A stretch of 62,103 bases of DNA, filler included. It is 5 parts of 5 records of this genome, joined end to end, with 100 filler letters (N's around TTAATTAATTAA, not from the genome) between each part and the next. Parts side by side here need not be neighbours in the genome. Positions count along the whole stretch, not along the records: positions 31,864 to 44,768 come from DRR723986_18373; 4 more parts are not named here. One strand, written 5' to 3'. Below are positions 31,865-41,452 of this stretch, piece by piece. How positions within the stretch are numbered: the first letter of the stretch is position 1; each line of letters begins with the position of its first letter. Position numbers and translations under genes: made by a program. The notes beneath the pieces were generated by a model. It did no database searches. It was not told the origin of the DNA and saw nothing but the letters and a program-made list of their open reading frames with translations.

Positions 31865-32950
31865 GGAATTGGCCAATTCCAGCGAGATGGGCATTTTTTG
31901 TATGCAGGGAAAGTACATTTTACCAATCAGCAACTAGCGAAGTTATGTGAGATTGACTATTCAAAATACACTTCCAGAACAGCATTACTTGGACTATTGG
32001 CTGCAAAGGAGGCCTTTGGAAGAATAAGTTTTGATTCCAGATTTCCAGCTGCTTTTTTAAATGGAACTACAGTAGGAGGGATGGATTTGAGTGAGCAGTA
32101 TTTTGAGGAAAAAAGTAAAGGAAACCAAGCAGATGCAGCTCTTTTTACGATGCATGATTTGGGAGCAACGACAGACTTTATTGCCAAAAACCTAGGTGAA
32201 TTCCAGTATATAAATACAATTTCTACCGCATGTTCTTCCTCCGCAAATGCAATTATGCTTGGAGCTCAACTGATCCAATCGGGAGAATACCATCGTGTAT
32301 TGGTGGGCGGTACAGATGCTTTGTGCAAGTTTACAATCGAGGGATTTAAGTCTCTGATGATCTATGATTCGGAATTGTGTCAACCTTTTGATGCAAGTCG
32401 GCGAGGATTGAATCTCGGTGAGGGTGCGGGTTATTTGCTTTTAGAAAGTGATGATAGTATTAAAGAAAGCGGAAATCAATGTTTGGCGAAAGTCATCGGC
32501 TGGGCAAATCGAAACGATGCCTTTCATAATACTGGTACTTCTCCGGAGGGAATAGGTGCTCAGAAAGCGATGCAGGCTGCACTAGAGCTTGCAAACTTAA
32601 AACCTTCTGAAATCGACTATATCAATGCTCATGGCACAGGAACACAGAATAACGATTCTTCGGAATTGGCTGCGATGGTGTCTGTTTTCGGGGCTGAACT
32701 TCCAGATTTCAGTTCTGCTAAAGGAGCCAGTGGGCATACGCTGGCAGCTTCGGGAGCTATAGAAGCTGTGTTTTCAGTGGAGAGTTTGCTTCAAGGTTGT
32801 GCTTACGGAAACTTCAATGTTTCCGAACCTGCGACAGCTTCGAAATCACTCTTGAGAAAAGCAGTTTCCAAAGATATTCAGTATGTAATGTCCAATTCAT
32901 TCGGTTTCGGAGGTAATTCCACCTCTTTGATTTTTTCCAAATGCTTATGA
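31865..32950 (+). CDS. Beta-ketoacyl-ACP synthase (flexirubin/aryl-polyene type; 5' truncated)
   Basis: Catalytic TACSSS, NAHGTGT, GHT and SNSFGFGG motifs. Frame is open to the contig edge. Confidence 0.9.
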   Translation, partial: GIGQFQRDGHFLYAGKVHFTNQQLAKLCEIDYSKYTSRTALLGLLAAKEAFGRISFDSRFPAAFLNGTTVGGMDLSEQYFEEKSKGNQADAALFTMHDLGATTDFIAKNLGEFQYINTISTACSSSANAIMLGAQLIQSGEYHRVLVGGTDALCKFTIEGFKSLMIYDSELCQPFDASRRGLNLGEGAGYLLLESDDSIKESGNQCLAKVIGWANRNDAFHNTGTSPEGIGAQKAMQAALELANLKPSEIDYINAHGTGTQNNDSSELAAMVSVFGAELPDFSSAKGASGHTLAASGAIEAVFSVESLLQGCAYGNFNVSEPATASKSLLRKAVSKDIQYVMSNSFGFGGNSTSLIFSKCL

Positions 32951-33864
32951 AAAAGCTTTACATAAATCAAGCAATTTCTATTTCTGCTCAAGGCTTTTGG
33001 GATGGTTTCGACCTGCCAGAATTGAAAGAGGATTTTCAGGATTTCAAGACAATTGATCCGGAATACAAAACTGTAATTCCGGTGATGTCTTTGCGGAGAA
33101 TGTCAAAAATCACGAAAATGGCCTTGATGTGTGGTTTGACGATTTCGAAGAACACTGAGCAAGTTTGGGATGGGATAATCGTAGGTACAGGCTTAGGGAA
33201 TCTGGCGGATACCGAAAAATTCTTGACTCTTATTTCAGCAAATTATACTGGTTTGAATTCACCGACTGCTTTCACGCAGTCTAGCCACAATACCTTGTCG
33301 GGACAGATTGCGCTTCAGCTCAAAAATCACGGCTACAACATGACGCATGTACAGCGGACTTTTTCTTTTGAAAATGCATTGCTGGATGCTAGCCTTCAGG
33401 CATGTTGTGGCATGAAAAATATACTTCTCGGTGCCGCTGATGAGCATATTCCGATATTGAATACGCTGGCCAGGGAGATGAAATTTGAAGAAAGTGTTAT
33501 TTCCAATTTTGGCGAGGGAGCTTCGTTTTTCCAGTTAAGTGCCGATGTGCCCACTGAGATTTATGTACAGGATGCTTTGGTCAAAATGAAATCTGAGAGT
33601 CACCTTCAGGAAATCGATTCCTTTTTGCTGAAAAACAAGGTGGAAAAGAAATCTTGTTTGCTGATTGCTACCTCTGATTTGAAAAGTGATAGTGGAATGC
33701 ATCAACTCTCGGTAGCTAGCCTAGTTGGGAATTACATGACGGATTCAGGGATAGCTATGCATCTTGCCTGTTCATATGTGAAGAAAAATGAATACAGCCA
33801 TGTCTTGGTCCTGAATGCTAACTCAGCGACCGGTATGGGATTAATCTTGCTCGGCCATGAGTAA
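32947..33864 (+). CDS. Beta-ketoacyl synthase chain-length-factor-like protein
   Basis: RRMSK, GTGLG, SPTAFTQSSHNT and SFENAL motifs. No catalytic Cys motif. ATGA overlap with the KS gene. Confidence 0.85.
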   Translation: MKKLYINQAISISAQGFWDGFDLPELKEDFQDFKTIDPEYKTVIPVMSLRRMSKITKMALMCGLTISKNTEQVWDGIIVGTGLGNLADTEKFLTLISANYTGLNSPTAFTQSSHNTLSGQIALQLKNHGYNMTHVQRTFSFENALLDASLQACCGMKNILLGAADEHIPILNTLAREMKFEESVISNFGEGASFFQLSADVPTEIYVQDALVKMKSESHLQEIDSFLLKNKVEKKSCLLIATSDLKSDSGMHQLSVASLVGNYMTDSGIAMHLACSYVKKNEYSHVLVLNANSATGMGLILLGHE

Positions 33865-34588
33865 GACTCAAGTCGTTTTTGGAGTAGCTATTTTAGTTGC
33901 CTTAGCCATTTTGTTGACTTCGGTTTTAAACTACTACCTGATTGTATTGATGGTGTGCGTTTCCCTCTTTTTGTTAGGGATGTCAATGTTCCTTCGGGCT
34001 CAGTTTTTTGTGAAATCCATTTTTCGCAGCACTGAAAATAACGTCCTACTGAGTTTTGATGATGGTCCTGATCCTGTGAATACACCTATTGTTTTGGATA
34101 TTTTGAAAAAAAATGGTGCTACTGCGATGTTTTTCCTGATTGGGAAAAAGCTGAAAGGGAATGAAGCACTCATCCGTAGAATTCATGAAGAAGGGCATTT
34201 GTTGGGAAGCCATTCCTTTAGTCATGATCCTAAAATGGGACTTTGGAATAAAGCTAGAACTGCTGCTGATATTGAAAAAGGGCATGAGGAACTTCTCAAG
34301 ATCGTTCCTGGCGCCGGAAATTGGTATAGACCTCCCTTTGGTCTGACCAATCCGAATATTGCCGCAGCGCTTATGAAATGTGGTTTAAAGTCAATCGGTT
34401 GGTCCGTGAGAAGTTTTGATACGGTCAAAAAAGATCCGACGAACCTGCTAAATAAATTAACCCAAGAAATAAAAGGTTCAGATATTGTACTCTTGCATGA
34501 TACCCAAGATATCACGGTTTCATTGCTGGAAACCTTAATTCTTGAGCTGAAAAGTAGAAACCTTACCTTAAAAGCTGAATTGAATTAA
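33857..34588 (+). CDS. Polysaccharide deacetylase family protein
   Basis: Two N-terminal TMs, then SFDDGP, HSFSH, YRPPFG and LLHD (NodB motifs). Confidence 0.9.
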   Translation: MSKTQVVFGVAILVALAILLTSVLNYYLIVLMVCVSLFLLGMSMFLRAQFFVKSIFRSTENNVLLSFDDGPDPVNTPIVLDILKKNGATAMFFLIGKKLKGNEALIRRIHEEGHLLGSHSFSHDPKMGLWNKARTAADIEKGHEELLKIVPGAGNWYRPPFGLTNPNIAAALMKCGLKSIGWSVRSFDTVKKDPTNLLNKLTQEIKGSDIVLLHDTQDITVSLLETLILELKSRNLTLKAELN

Positions 34589-35194
34589 ATGCCGTTTATA
34601 GTCAATCTTATATTATTTACAATTCTTTCTCTTCCAGGTTTCATCCAGGATCAGGATGCTGTTTTTGCAAAAAAACTTCAGGATCACTACACGACGGTGA
34701 ATTCCATTTCTGCGGACTTCATGCAGCGTAAGCAGAGTTTGCTTTTTGATGAGCCATTAGTGTCAAAAGGACTTTTTTACTACGAAAATCCGAATAAAAT
34801 CCGCTGGGAACAGCTGACTCCTACTGCGAACTATTTTATCCTGAATAAGGAAGAAGTCATCCAATTTGATGGAAAATCAGTGAAGAAATCTGCAGGTTTG
34901 AATCTGCAGATGAGTATTTTCCGACAGTTTATAGTGAGTACCGTGGACGGTTCTATATTAAATGATCCATCATTTGAAAAGAGCTTTCAAAGCAAAAATG
35001 GGAAGATGCACATCAGCTTAGTACCTTTGGATAAGCGGATGGCAAAGCGATTGGTGAAAATCGAATTGACCTTTGATGAGAAAAACTTACTACTCGATCA
35101 GCTCAAAATGTACGAGAGTCAGGAGGATTTCACTGAAATCAGCTTTACAAATCAGAAAATAAATACATCTATCCCAGCATCAATTTTTCAATAA
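34589..35194 (+). CDS. LolA-like lipoprotein carrier protein
   Basis: Signal peptide and ADF.Q.K...SKG.FYY..PNKIRWE. Typical position in flexirubin/APE clusters. Confidence 0.85.
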   Translation: MPFIVNLILFTILSLPGFIQDQDAVFAKKLQDHYTTVNSISADFMQRKQSLLFDEPLVSKGLFYYENPNKIRWEQLTPTANYFILNKEEVIQFDGKSVKKSAGLNLQMSIFRQFIVSTVDGSILNDPSFEKSFQSKNGKMHISLVPLDKRMAKRLVKIELTFDEKNLLLDQLKMYESQEDFTEISFTNQKINTSIPASIFQ

Positions 35195-35195
35195 A

Positions 35196-35570
35196 ATGCA
35201 GCAGGAAATTCTGGCTCAAACACTTGATATTTCTATACTTGCTCAAGCAGAAACAGAAGCTCTATTCGAAGTCAAAGTGCTGGGTTCAAGTTCTATTTTC
35301 GAAGGGCACTTTCCTGGAAATCCTGTTTTACCTGGAGTAATTATGGTAGAGGCAGTGCGAAGTGCTTTGAGAGAGGTTTTTCAAAAAGAATATCACCTCA
35401 AGTCAGCTTTGAGCATTAAATTTTTGGCAGTGCTAAATCCGAATGAATATGGCGATGTACAATTGAGAATTACCTTTTCTTCGGTAGAAGAGGGTTTGAA
35501 AATTGATGCAAGCATCTTCAGTGAAGAGAAGATTTTCTTTAAAATGAAAGGCGTTTACAACGCAGTTTGA
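35196..35570 (+). CDS. 3-hydroxyacyl-ACP dehydratase (FabA/FabZ, ApeI-like)
   Basis: FEGHFPGNPVLPGV motif. Confidence 0.88.
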   Translation: MQQEILAQTLDISILAQAETEALFEVKVLGSSSIFEGHFPGNPVLPGVIMVEAVRSALREVFQKEYHLKSALSIKFLAVLNPNEYGDVQLRITFSSVEEGLKIDASIFSEEKIFFKMKGVYNAV

Positions 35571-36706
35571 TGGAGAAGCGAGTTTGCATTATCATTCCAA
35601 CTTACAATAATGAAGGGACCCTACGCAGGGTGATTAGCGAGGTCTTAAGGATTTGTCCTGATCTGCTGGTGATCAATGACGGGTCGACAGATAGTACTGA
35701 AACTATATTGGAAAGCTTTTCAGGGTTGGATTATATAAGTTATCCTGAAAATAAAGGGAAAGGTTATGCTCTTCGAAAAGGCTTTGCAAGAGCCTCCGAA
35801 TTAGGTTATGAGTATGCTGTAACGCTGGATTCGGATGGGCAGCATGAGCCGGAAAATATTAGGGATTTGTTGGAGCAGATTCATCTTCAGGAATCGGATA
35901 CGGTGCTGATGGGCTCACGCAATATGGCCCAGGATGGCATTCCAAAGAAGAGTAATTTTGGAAACAAATTCAGCAATTTCTGGGTGTGGTTTAATACAGG
36001 AATTAAGCTTTCAGATACACAGACAGGATTTAGAGCTTATCCTTTGAGACCAATTTCTAAACTGAAATGGTTTTCAAACAAATTTGAATTTGAAGTAGAA
36101 GTTCTGGTGCGACTCGCCTGGGAAGGCGTGGAGATCAAGGAAGTGCCAGTGCATGTGAATTACCCAGAGGATCGTGTGAGTCACTTTAGGCCATTTCATG
36201 ATTTTGCCAGAATCAGTGTATTGAATACTGTTTTCTTTTTCCTGACGCTGGGATATTTTGCGCCTAAGAGACTGTTTTTTGTAAAAGGAGACAGCAATAT
36301 TTTCACACAGATTAGAAGAGAATTCCAAAGACATCAGGACGATCCTATGCATATGGCAAGTTCGGTGGGTTTAGGGTTGTTCTTCGGTGTGTTTCCAATT
36401 TGGGGTTTTCAGATGATAGTAGCTTTTTTTGTTGCCAGTTTGCTAAAACTGAACCGCGTGATAGTCCTTACATTTTCTAATATCAGTTTGCCTCCGCTGA
36501 TCCCTGTGATCATTGTATCCAGTTACTTTTTCGGAAGTTTTTTCGTGAAAGAGAAGGTGTTGATTCCAGACTTTTCGGAAATAACAGTCGATACGATATA
36601 CTTGCAGCTCTATCAATATTTAGTCGGAGCCGTGATTTTATCCTGTGTCCTGGGTGCAGTGGGGTTTGGCGTTACCTACATTCTGATAAAAATTAAGGAG
36701 AAGTAG
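35570..36706 (+). CDS. Glycosyltransferase family 2 + DUF2062 protein
   Basis: IIPTYN, NDGSTD, GKG.AL, DSDGQH, DTQTGFR and SHFRP motifs, plus a hydrophobic DUF2062-like C-terminus. Confidence 0.9.
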   Translation: MEKRVCIIIPTYNNEGTLRRVISEVLRICPDLLVINDGSTDSTETILESFSGLDYISYPENKGKGYALRKGFARASELGYEYAVTLDSDGQHEPENIRDLLEQIHLQESDTVLMGSRNMAQDGIPKKSNFGNKFSNFWVWFNTGIKLSDTQTGFRAYPLRPISKLKWFSNKFEFEVEVLVRLAWEGVEIKEVPVHVNYPEDRVSHFRPFHDFARISVLNTVFFFLTLGYFAPKRLFFVKGDSNIFTQIRREFQRHQDDPMHMASSVGLGLFFGVFPIWGFQMIVAFFVASLLKLNRVIVLTFSNISLPPLIPVIIVSSYFFGSFFVKEKVLIPDFSEITVDTIYLQLYQYLVGAVILSCVLGAVGFGVTYILIKIKEK

Positions 36707-37143
36707 ATCTTATCTAAAAGAAGAATACTGTGTCGTGTAGTTACGGAGAATATATATATCATGAGATGCTTTTTATCGCTCATTTAAAGTAAATCAAATT
36801 GATGTTTGGATTGATGATGCTCGTTTTTTGCTAATGTCAATGGGAGTTTTTTATCGGGAGGTGTATGGTTTTCGGAATTGTTTGATGCTGCCACCAAGGA
36901 GATCAAGTATGGTCCTGATGAGGTGTCAGAGCTAACCACAATTTTGTTGAAAGGACATACAAATGGTGTATGAGAAGAAACCTATCATTCTCTAAGGTAC
37001 CGAAGCATTCAAGATGCTGGACTTTTAACTGCTCTATTTGGCTATATTTAGTCGAAATAACTCAGGATGAATAATTGTTTGCGCTATAAAAGCTAGAATT
37101 AAAAGTGTATTCGCAAAATTTCGTTTTGGTGATAGATTAGATC

Positions 37144-37176
37144 TTTAATCGCTCAATTTTGGAGTGAGCGATTAAA
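37144..37176. repeat. Perfect 12-bp inverted repeat (terminator, operator or element end)
   Basis: TTTAATCGCTCA-N9-TGAGCGATTAAA. Confidence 0.6.
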
Positions 37177-37284
37177 ATGTATTGCCCTATTCCGAACCAA
37201 TTTCGTCTCCCCATTCTGATTTCAGTGTGACCTTTCCAGCCCATCCTCACACATATTTGAGCTTCATCAAAAACGAACATCGTT

Positions 37285-37500
37285 ATGAATCTCGAAGCTC
37301 AGAATCTCAGTTTTTCCAGAAATGTTCCGCCTACTCTGGAACAGGTACAGGCCTACTTTGACTCCCTTCATATTCCGGCTTCCGAAGCGGAAGTATTCTA
37401 TTTCTATTATCAGGGAATGGACTGGTGTAATGAATCAGGCGCAGCTATCCGTGATTGGATAATGGCCGCTGATGATTGGGTCTGGAATCTTGAAAACTGA
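37285..37500 (+). CDS. Small hypothetical protein of Bacteroidota mobile elements
   Basis: 71 aa with the pattern PPTLEQV..YF...EA..F..YY...W...IRDW..AA..W, which resembles helical domains of element/phage replication-type proteins. Confidence 0.6.
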   Translation: MNLEAQNLSFSRNVPPTLEQVQAYFDSLHIPASEAEVFYFYYQGMDWCNESGAAIRDWIMAADDWVWNLEN

Positions 37501-37566
37501 GGGTTTTGCCTTTGTTAAAAATTTTTCTACATGATCAATTCGATCTTCCATTGAGGGTAGGCTTTG

Positions 37567-37675
37567 CATTGCGTATTGGCAATGAGCAAGATGTAGGATT
37601 GTCTGACGCCAATCCGATCTTGCCCACCGCTGCCGGAGTTGCAGTGGATAAAATTTCTCCGAAGTCGAATTTTAT
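37567..37675. promoter_or_regulatory. Putative oriT region
   Basis: Four adjacent inverted repeats (CATTGC/GCAATG; GCAAGAT..GGATTG/CAATCC..ATCTTGC; CCACCGC/GCAGTGG; ATAAAATT/AATTTTAT) immediately before the relaxosome gene. Confidence 0.6.
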
Positions 37676-37688
37676 AATCCTGTAAACG

Positions 37689-38075
37689 ATGAAAAAGAGA
37701 ACGGTAAACTACCCTATACGAAAGACGGTCCGATTTACTCCAACTGAAGTTGAGAAACTGGAAATTCTCCTGAAAAGGAGTGCCTATTGTCAGACGATTA
37801 GTGAACTGGTACGGGATATCCTTTTCAAAAGGAAGCTAACGATAAATACGCGAAACGAATCTATGGAAAACACTCTGGTAGAATTGGGACTTCTCAGGAA
37901 TGAACTGAATAAAATAGGGGTGAATATCAATCAGATTACCCACTATTTTCATTTGCAGGCTGATCCAAAAGAACGTCAGTTTTTCGTGAAGGAAATGTTA
38001 CCTCATTTTGAGCTAACGAAAGCAAAGATAAATTCACTACATAGCGTGATTGAAGGGTTGAAAATTCTACGCTAG
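37689..38075 (+). CDS. Relaxosome accessory ribbon-helix-helix protein (MobA/MobC-type)
   Basis: TVRFT..E...SELVRD and ELNKIGVNINQI motifs, directly before the relaxase. Confidence 0.88.
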   Translation: MKKRTVNYPIRKTVRFTPTEVEKLEILLKRSAYCQTISELVRDILFKRKLTINTRNESMENTLVELGLLRNELNKIGVNINQITHYFHLQADPKERQFFVKEMLPHFELTKAKINSLHSVIEGLKILR

Positions 38076-39293
38076 TTGGTTGCTAAAATCATAACCGGAA
38101 AGACTATCGGAGGGGTGATCCGATACAATGAACAAAAGGTGAAAAACGGACAGGCAAGCATAGTTCAAATGGGAGGGTTTGCAACAAAAAATATTACCGT
38201 GGCTGCAAAGATTCAATCCTTTGAGAACCTGCAGAAGTTGAATCAAAGAACAAAAACGAACGCAGTCCATATTTCACTGAACTTCTCGCCTAAGGATAAG
38301 CTGGATGAGTTTAAACTTCAAAAGATTGCAGCTGATTACCTGATAGGAATTGGTTTTGGAAATCAGCCGTATTTGCTTTATCAGCATTTTGATGCAGCGC
38401 ATCCCCATGTACATATAGTGACTACCAATATTTCAAGTCAAGGAAAACGGATTGAAACGCATAACCTGGGCAAAGTGCTGTCAGAACAGACCCGAAAGGA
38501 AATTGAACGGCGATACCATCTTGTAAAAGCGGAAGAGCAGCGGAAGCAAAATGTTAATCTGCTTAAGCCATTGGAAAAAGCTACGTATGGCAAGCGGGAA
38601 ACAAAAGCAGCTATTTCCAATATTGTGTCAGAGGTCATTAGAACGTATCGGTTCACTTCTTTAGGTGAACTTAATGCGGTTTTGGGCCAATTTAACGTAG
38701 GTGCCTATCGGGGTGAACCGGATAGTGACATGTTTAAGAATATGGGGCTGGTCTATTCTGTTCTAGATCCAGAGGGAAACAGGATCGGAGTTCCCATCAA
38801 AGCTAGTTCGATTTATAACAAACCTACTTTGGCTAAGCTTGAATTAAGTTTTATGCGAAACAAAGAGAGCCGTAAGCCTTACAGAAATGCTATCCGTGAG
38901 GCTGTACTGGGTGCATTGGGCTCAAGTAAATCCCAGCAAGAACTTACAAGCAAGCTGCGAAGTAAAGGCATCCGTCCTGTATTCATGGTCAATTCTGAGG
39001 GTAGATTGTACGGGGTAACCTATGTAGACAATGTCAGCCGATCGGTATTCAATGGTTCGGCTTTGGGTAAGGAGTTCGCGGCAAATGCGCTTGATGTGAG
39101 ATTTTCGATGGGGGCTGCAATTGCTGGTGCACCTGAAATAAAGCAGGAAGAAAGAATAAGCGGTCAACAACCTGAGCCTGCCACAAGAATTCCCAGCCTG
39201 GATATTTCTTTGGATTCCTACGAGCCGGAAGACCCAACCCCTTATGAGTTGAGGCAAAAGAAAAAGAAAAAGCGCAAAAAGCGAATTCAATAA
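38076..39293 (+). CDS. Relaxase/mobilisation nuclease (MOBP, Bacteroides MobB-type)
   Basis: MVAKI...YNE.K, HISLNF, HUH motif H.DAAHPHVHIV, and a basic tail. TTG start. Confidence 0.93.
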   Translation: MVAKIITGKTIGGVIRYNEQKVKNGQASIVQMGGFATKNITVAAKIQSFENLQKLNQRTKTNAVHISLNFSPKDKLDEFKLQKIAADYLIGIGFGNQPYLLYQHFDAAHPHVHIVTTNISSQGKRIETHNLGKVLSEQTRKEIERRYHLVKAEEQRKQNVNLLKPLEKATYGKRETKAAISNIVSEVIRTYRFTSLGELNAVLGQFNVGAYRGEPDSDMFKNMGLVYSVLDPEGNRIGVPIKASSIYNKPTLAKLELSFMRNKESRKPYRNAIREAVLGALGSSKSQQELTSKLRSKGIRPVFMVNSEGRLYGVTYVDNVSRSVFNGSALGKEFAANALDVRFSMGAAIAGAPEIKQEERISGQQPEPATRIPSLDISLDSYEPEDPTPYELRQKKKKKRKKRIQ

Positions 39294-39302
39294 ACTCAGT
39301 GG

Positions 39303-41282
39303 ATGCAAACCGGAGAAAACACAGAGGGGTTAAGAAAAATCATAGACCTGACCAGAAAGGCCAGTATAGGAATGCTGTGTCTGCATTGCTATTACTACTG
39401 TTATCATTCCTTCGATCAATGGGGACTTACGCATCCTGTTTCGGAAAGAATTCTGGTCAATATTCAGGATACGGGCCTGTTCAATGAATTCTATATTACC
39501 AAAGCTTTTGCGATGGGTCTTTTGCTGATTTCGTTAATTGGATCGAAAGGCAAGAAGGAAGATAAACTTAGAATAGCCCAGATAGGCTGGCCACTGACCT
39601 GTGGCTTTTTGATATATTTGGGTAGTTTTTTAGTTTTTTTGCTACCAAATAATGAGGATACAATAAGTATTATCTACATAGCTGTCACAAGCCTCGGTTT
39701 CATTCTTTTTTTAAGGGGAGGTGCCCTGATGAGCCGGTTGATTAAGAACCTATTTGATCAGGGAGTCTTTAATTATCTCAACGAGACATTTCCCCAGGAA
39801 GAGCGGTGCCTGGAAAATGAATATTCGGTGAACCTGCAGGCACAATACCGACTGAAGGAAAAAGTCAGGAAATCATGGATCAATATTATCAATCCCTTCC
39901 GTGCCTTATTGGTGGCCGGTACACCGGGGTCAGGGAAAAGTTACTTTGTTATCCGTCATGTGATTACCCAGCACATCAAAAAAGGCTTTTCCATGTTTGT
40001 CTATGATTTTAAGTATGACGATCTATCGCGAATTGCATACAATACCCTTCAGAGTAATTATACAGCGTATTTTGTAAAGCCTGAATTCTATACGATCAAT
40101 TTTGATCGCTTGTCGCATACCCATCGCTGCAATCCCTTGGAACCGGATACTATGCTGGATATTACCGATGCTTCTGAGGCTGCCCGCACCATTATGTTGG
40201 GTCTTAATAGGGAATGGATACGCAAGCAGGGGGATTTCTTTGTAGAGAGTCCTATTAACTTTTTGACTGCCATCATTTGGTTTCTCAAGAAACACAGAAG
40301 GGGGAGATTCTGTACACTTCCCCATGTGATTGAATTAATGCAGATGGAGTATGAGAAGCTTTTTACAGTGCTGCGTACCGAACCGGAAATTGAAGTGCTG
40401 ATCAATCCCTTTGTTTCTGCGTTGGTGAAAAAAGCTTTTGACCAACTCGAGGGCCAGGTTGCCAGTGCCAAGATCACAATGGCAAGGTTGTCTTCCCCTC
40501 AACTATATTATGTGCTTTCACAGAGCGAATTCACACTCGATCTGAATAATCCTTATGCGCCTAAAATTATCTGCATGGGTAACAACCCCCAGAAGCAGCA
40601 GGTATATGGCGCTGTGCTTTCGCTTTATATTTCAAGAATTGTAAAGCTGGTCAACCAAAAGGGAAAACTGAAATCGAGTCTGGTCTTCGATGAATTTCCG
40701 ACAATCTATTTTAATGGAATTGATAACCTGATCGCCACTGCTCGATCCAATAAAGTTGCTACTTGCCTAGGGGTGCAGGATTACAGCCAGCTTCGAAAGG
40801 ATTACGGCAGGGAACAGGCGGATGTGATTATGAACACGGTGGGTAATTTCATCAGCGGTCAAGTATTGGGTGATACAGCCAAACAACTATCAGAACGATT
40901 TGGCAGGATTATCCAAAATAGGCAGAGTATTTCCATCAACAGTTCGGAAACCTCCCTTAGCAAATCCACCCAATTGGACCAGGCAGTACCTGCTTCTACC
41001 ATCTCAGCACTTTCTTCTGGTGAATTTGTCGGGATGGTGGCAGACACACCTGATCAGAAGATAGAACTGAAAGCTTTTCATGCGGAAATTATCAATGATC
41101 ATAAAGCGCTGAAACGCGAGGAAGAAGGCTATCGACCTATTCCCATGGTGAGAGACATCACCCAGGAAGAGGTGGAGGAGAACTACCGGGGTATAAAGAG
41201 AGAAGTGGAGGAGATTATAAGGGTTGAAATGGAGCGGGTGTTTGACACACCGGAGTTGGGGCATTTGATTATCAGGGGATAA
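39303..41282 (+). CDS. mobC: Conjugal transfer coupling protein (T4CP, YWFCY domain, Bacteroides MobC)
   Basis: MQTGEN...LRKI, HCYYYCY, Walker A GTPGSGKS, Walker B FDEFPT and ATARSNK motifs. Confidence 0.93.
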   Translation: MQTGENTEGLRKIIDLTRKASIGMLCLHCYYYCYHSFDQWGLTHPVSERILVNIQDTGLFNEFYITKAFAMGLLLISLIGSKGKKEDKLRIAQIGWPLTCGFLIYLGSFLVFLLPNNEDTISIIYIAVTSLGFILFLRGGALMSRLIKNLFDQGVFNYLNETFPQEERCLENEYSVNLQAQYRLKEKVRKSWINIINPFRALLVAGTPGSGKSYFVIRHVITQHIKKGFSMFVYDFKYDDLSRIAYNTLQSNYTAYFVKPEFYTINFDRLSHTHRCNPLEPDTMLDITDASEAARTIMLGLNREWIRKQGDFFVESPINFLTAIIWFLKKHRRGRFCTLPHVIELMQMEYEKLFTVLRTEPEIEVLINPFVSALVKKAFDQLEGQVASAKITMARLSSPQLYYVLSQSEFTLDLNNPYAPKIICMGNNPQKQQVYGAVLSLYISRIVKLVNQKGKLKSSLVFDEFPTIYFNGIDNLIATARSNKVATCLGVQDYSQLRKDYGREQADVIMNTVGNFISGQVLGDTAKQLSERFGRIIQNRQSISINSSETSLSKSTQLDQAVPASTISALSSGEFVGMVADTPDQKIELKAFHAEIINDHKALKREEEGYRPIPMVRDITQEEVEENYRGIKREVEEIIRVEMERVFDTPELGHLIIRG

Positions 41283-41452
41283 TTGATTTGACTAATACTT
41301 GTTTTTTCGGTATTATGAGGATTACTATGAATGGAATCGAAACCAATAACATCTATTCTAGTAAACTCTCTGCCTACTTAAATTCTATCTCATTTCATAT
41401 CCTGAAAGAGCTTTAGCGAGGGCAGCTGTTTTTTATTGATCGACTCCCTCCA

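Noticed and set aside
36908-36960. CTGATGA...GAAA hammerhead-like core
   Set aside because: Stems I and II cannot be formed in the required topology and there is no suitably placed cleavage triplet.
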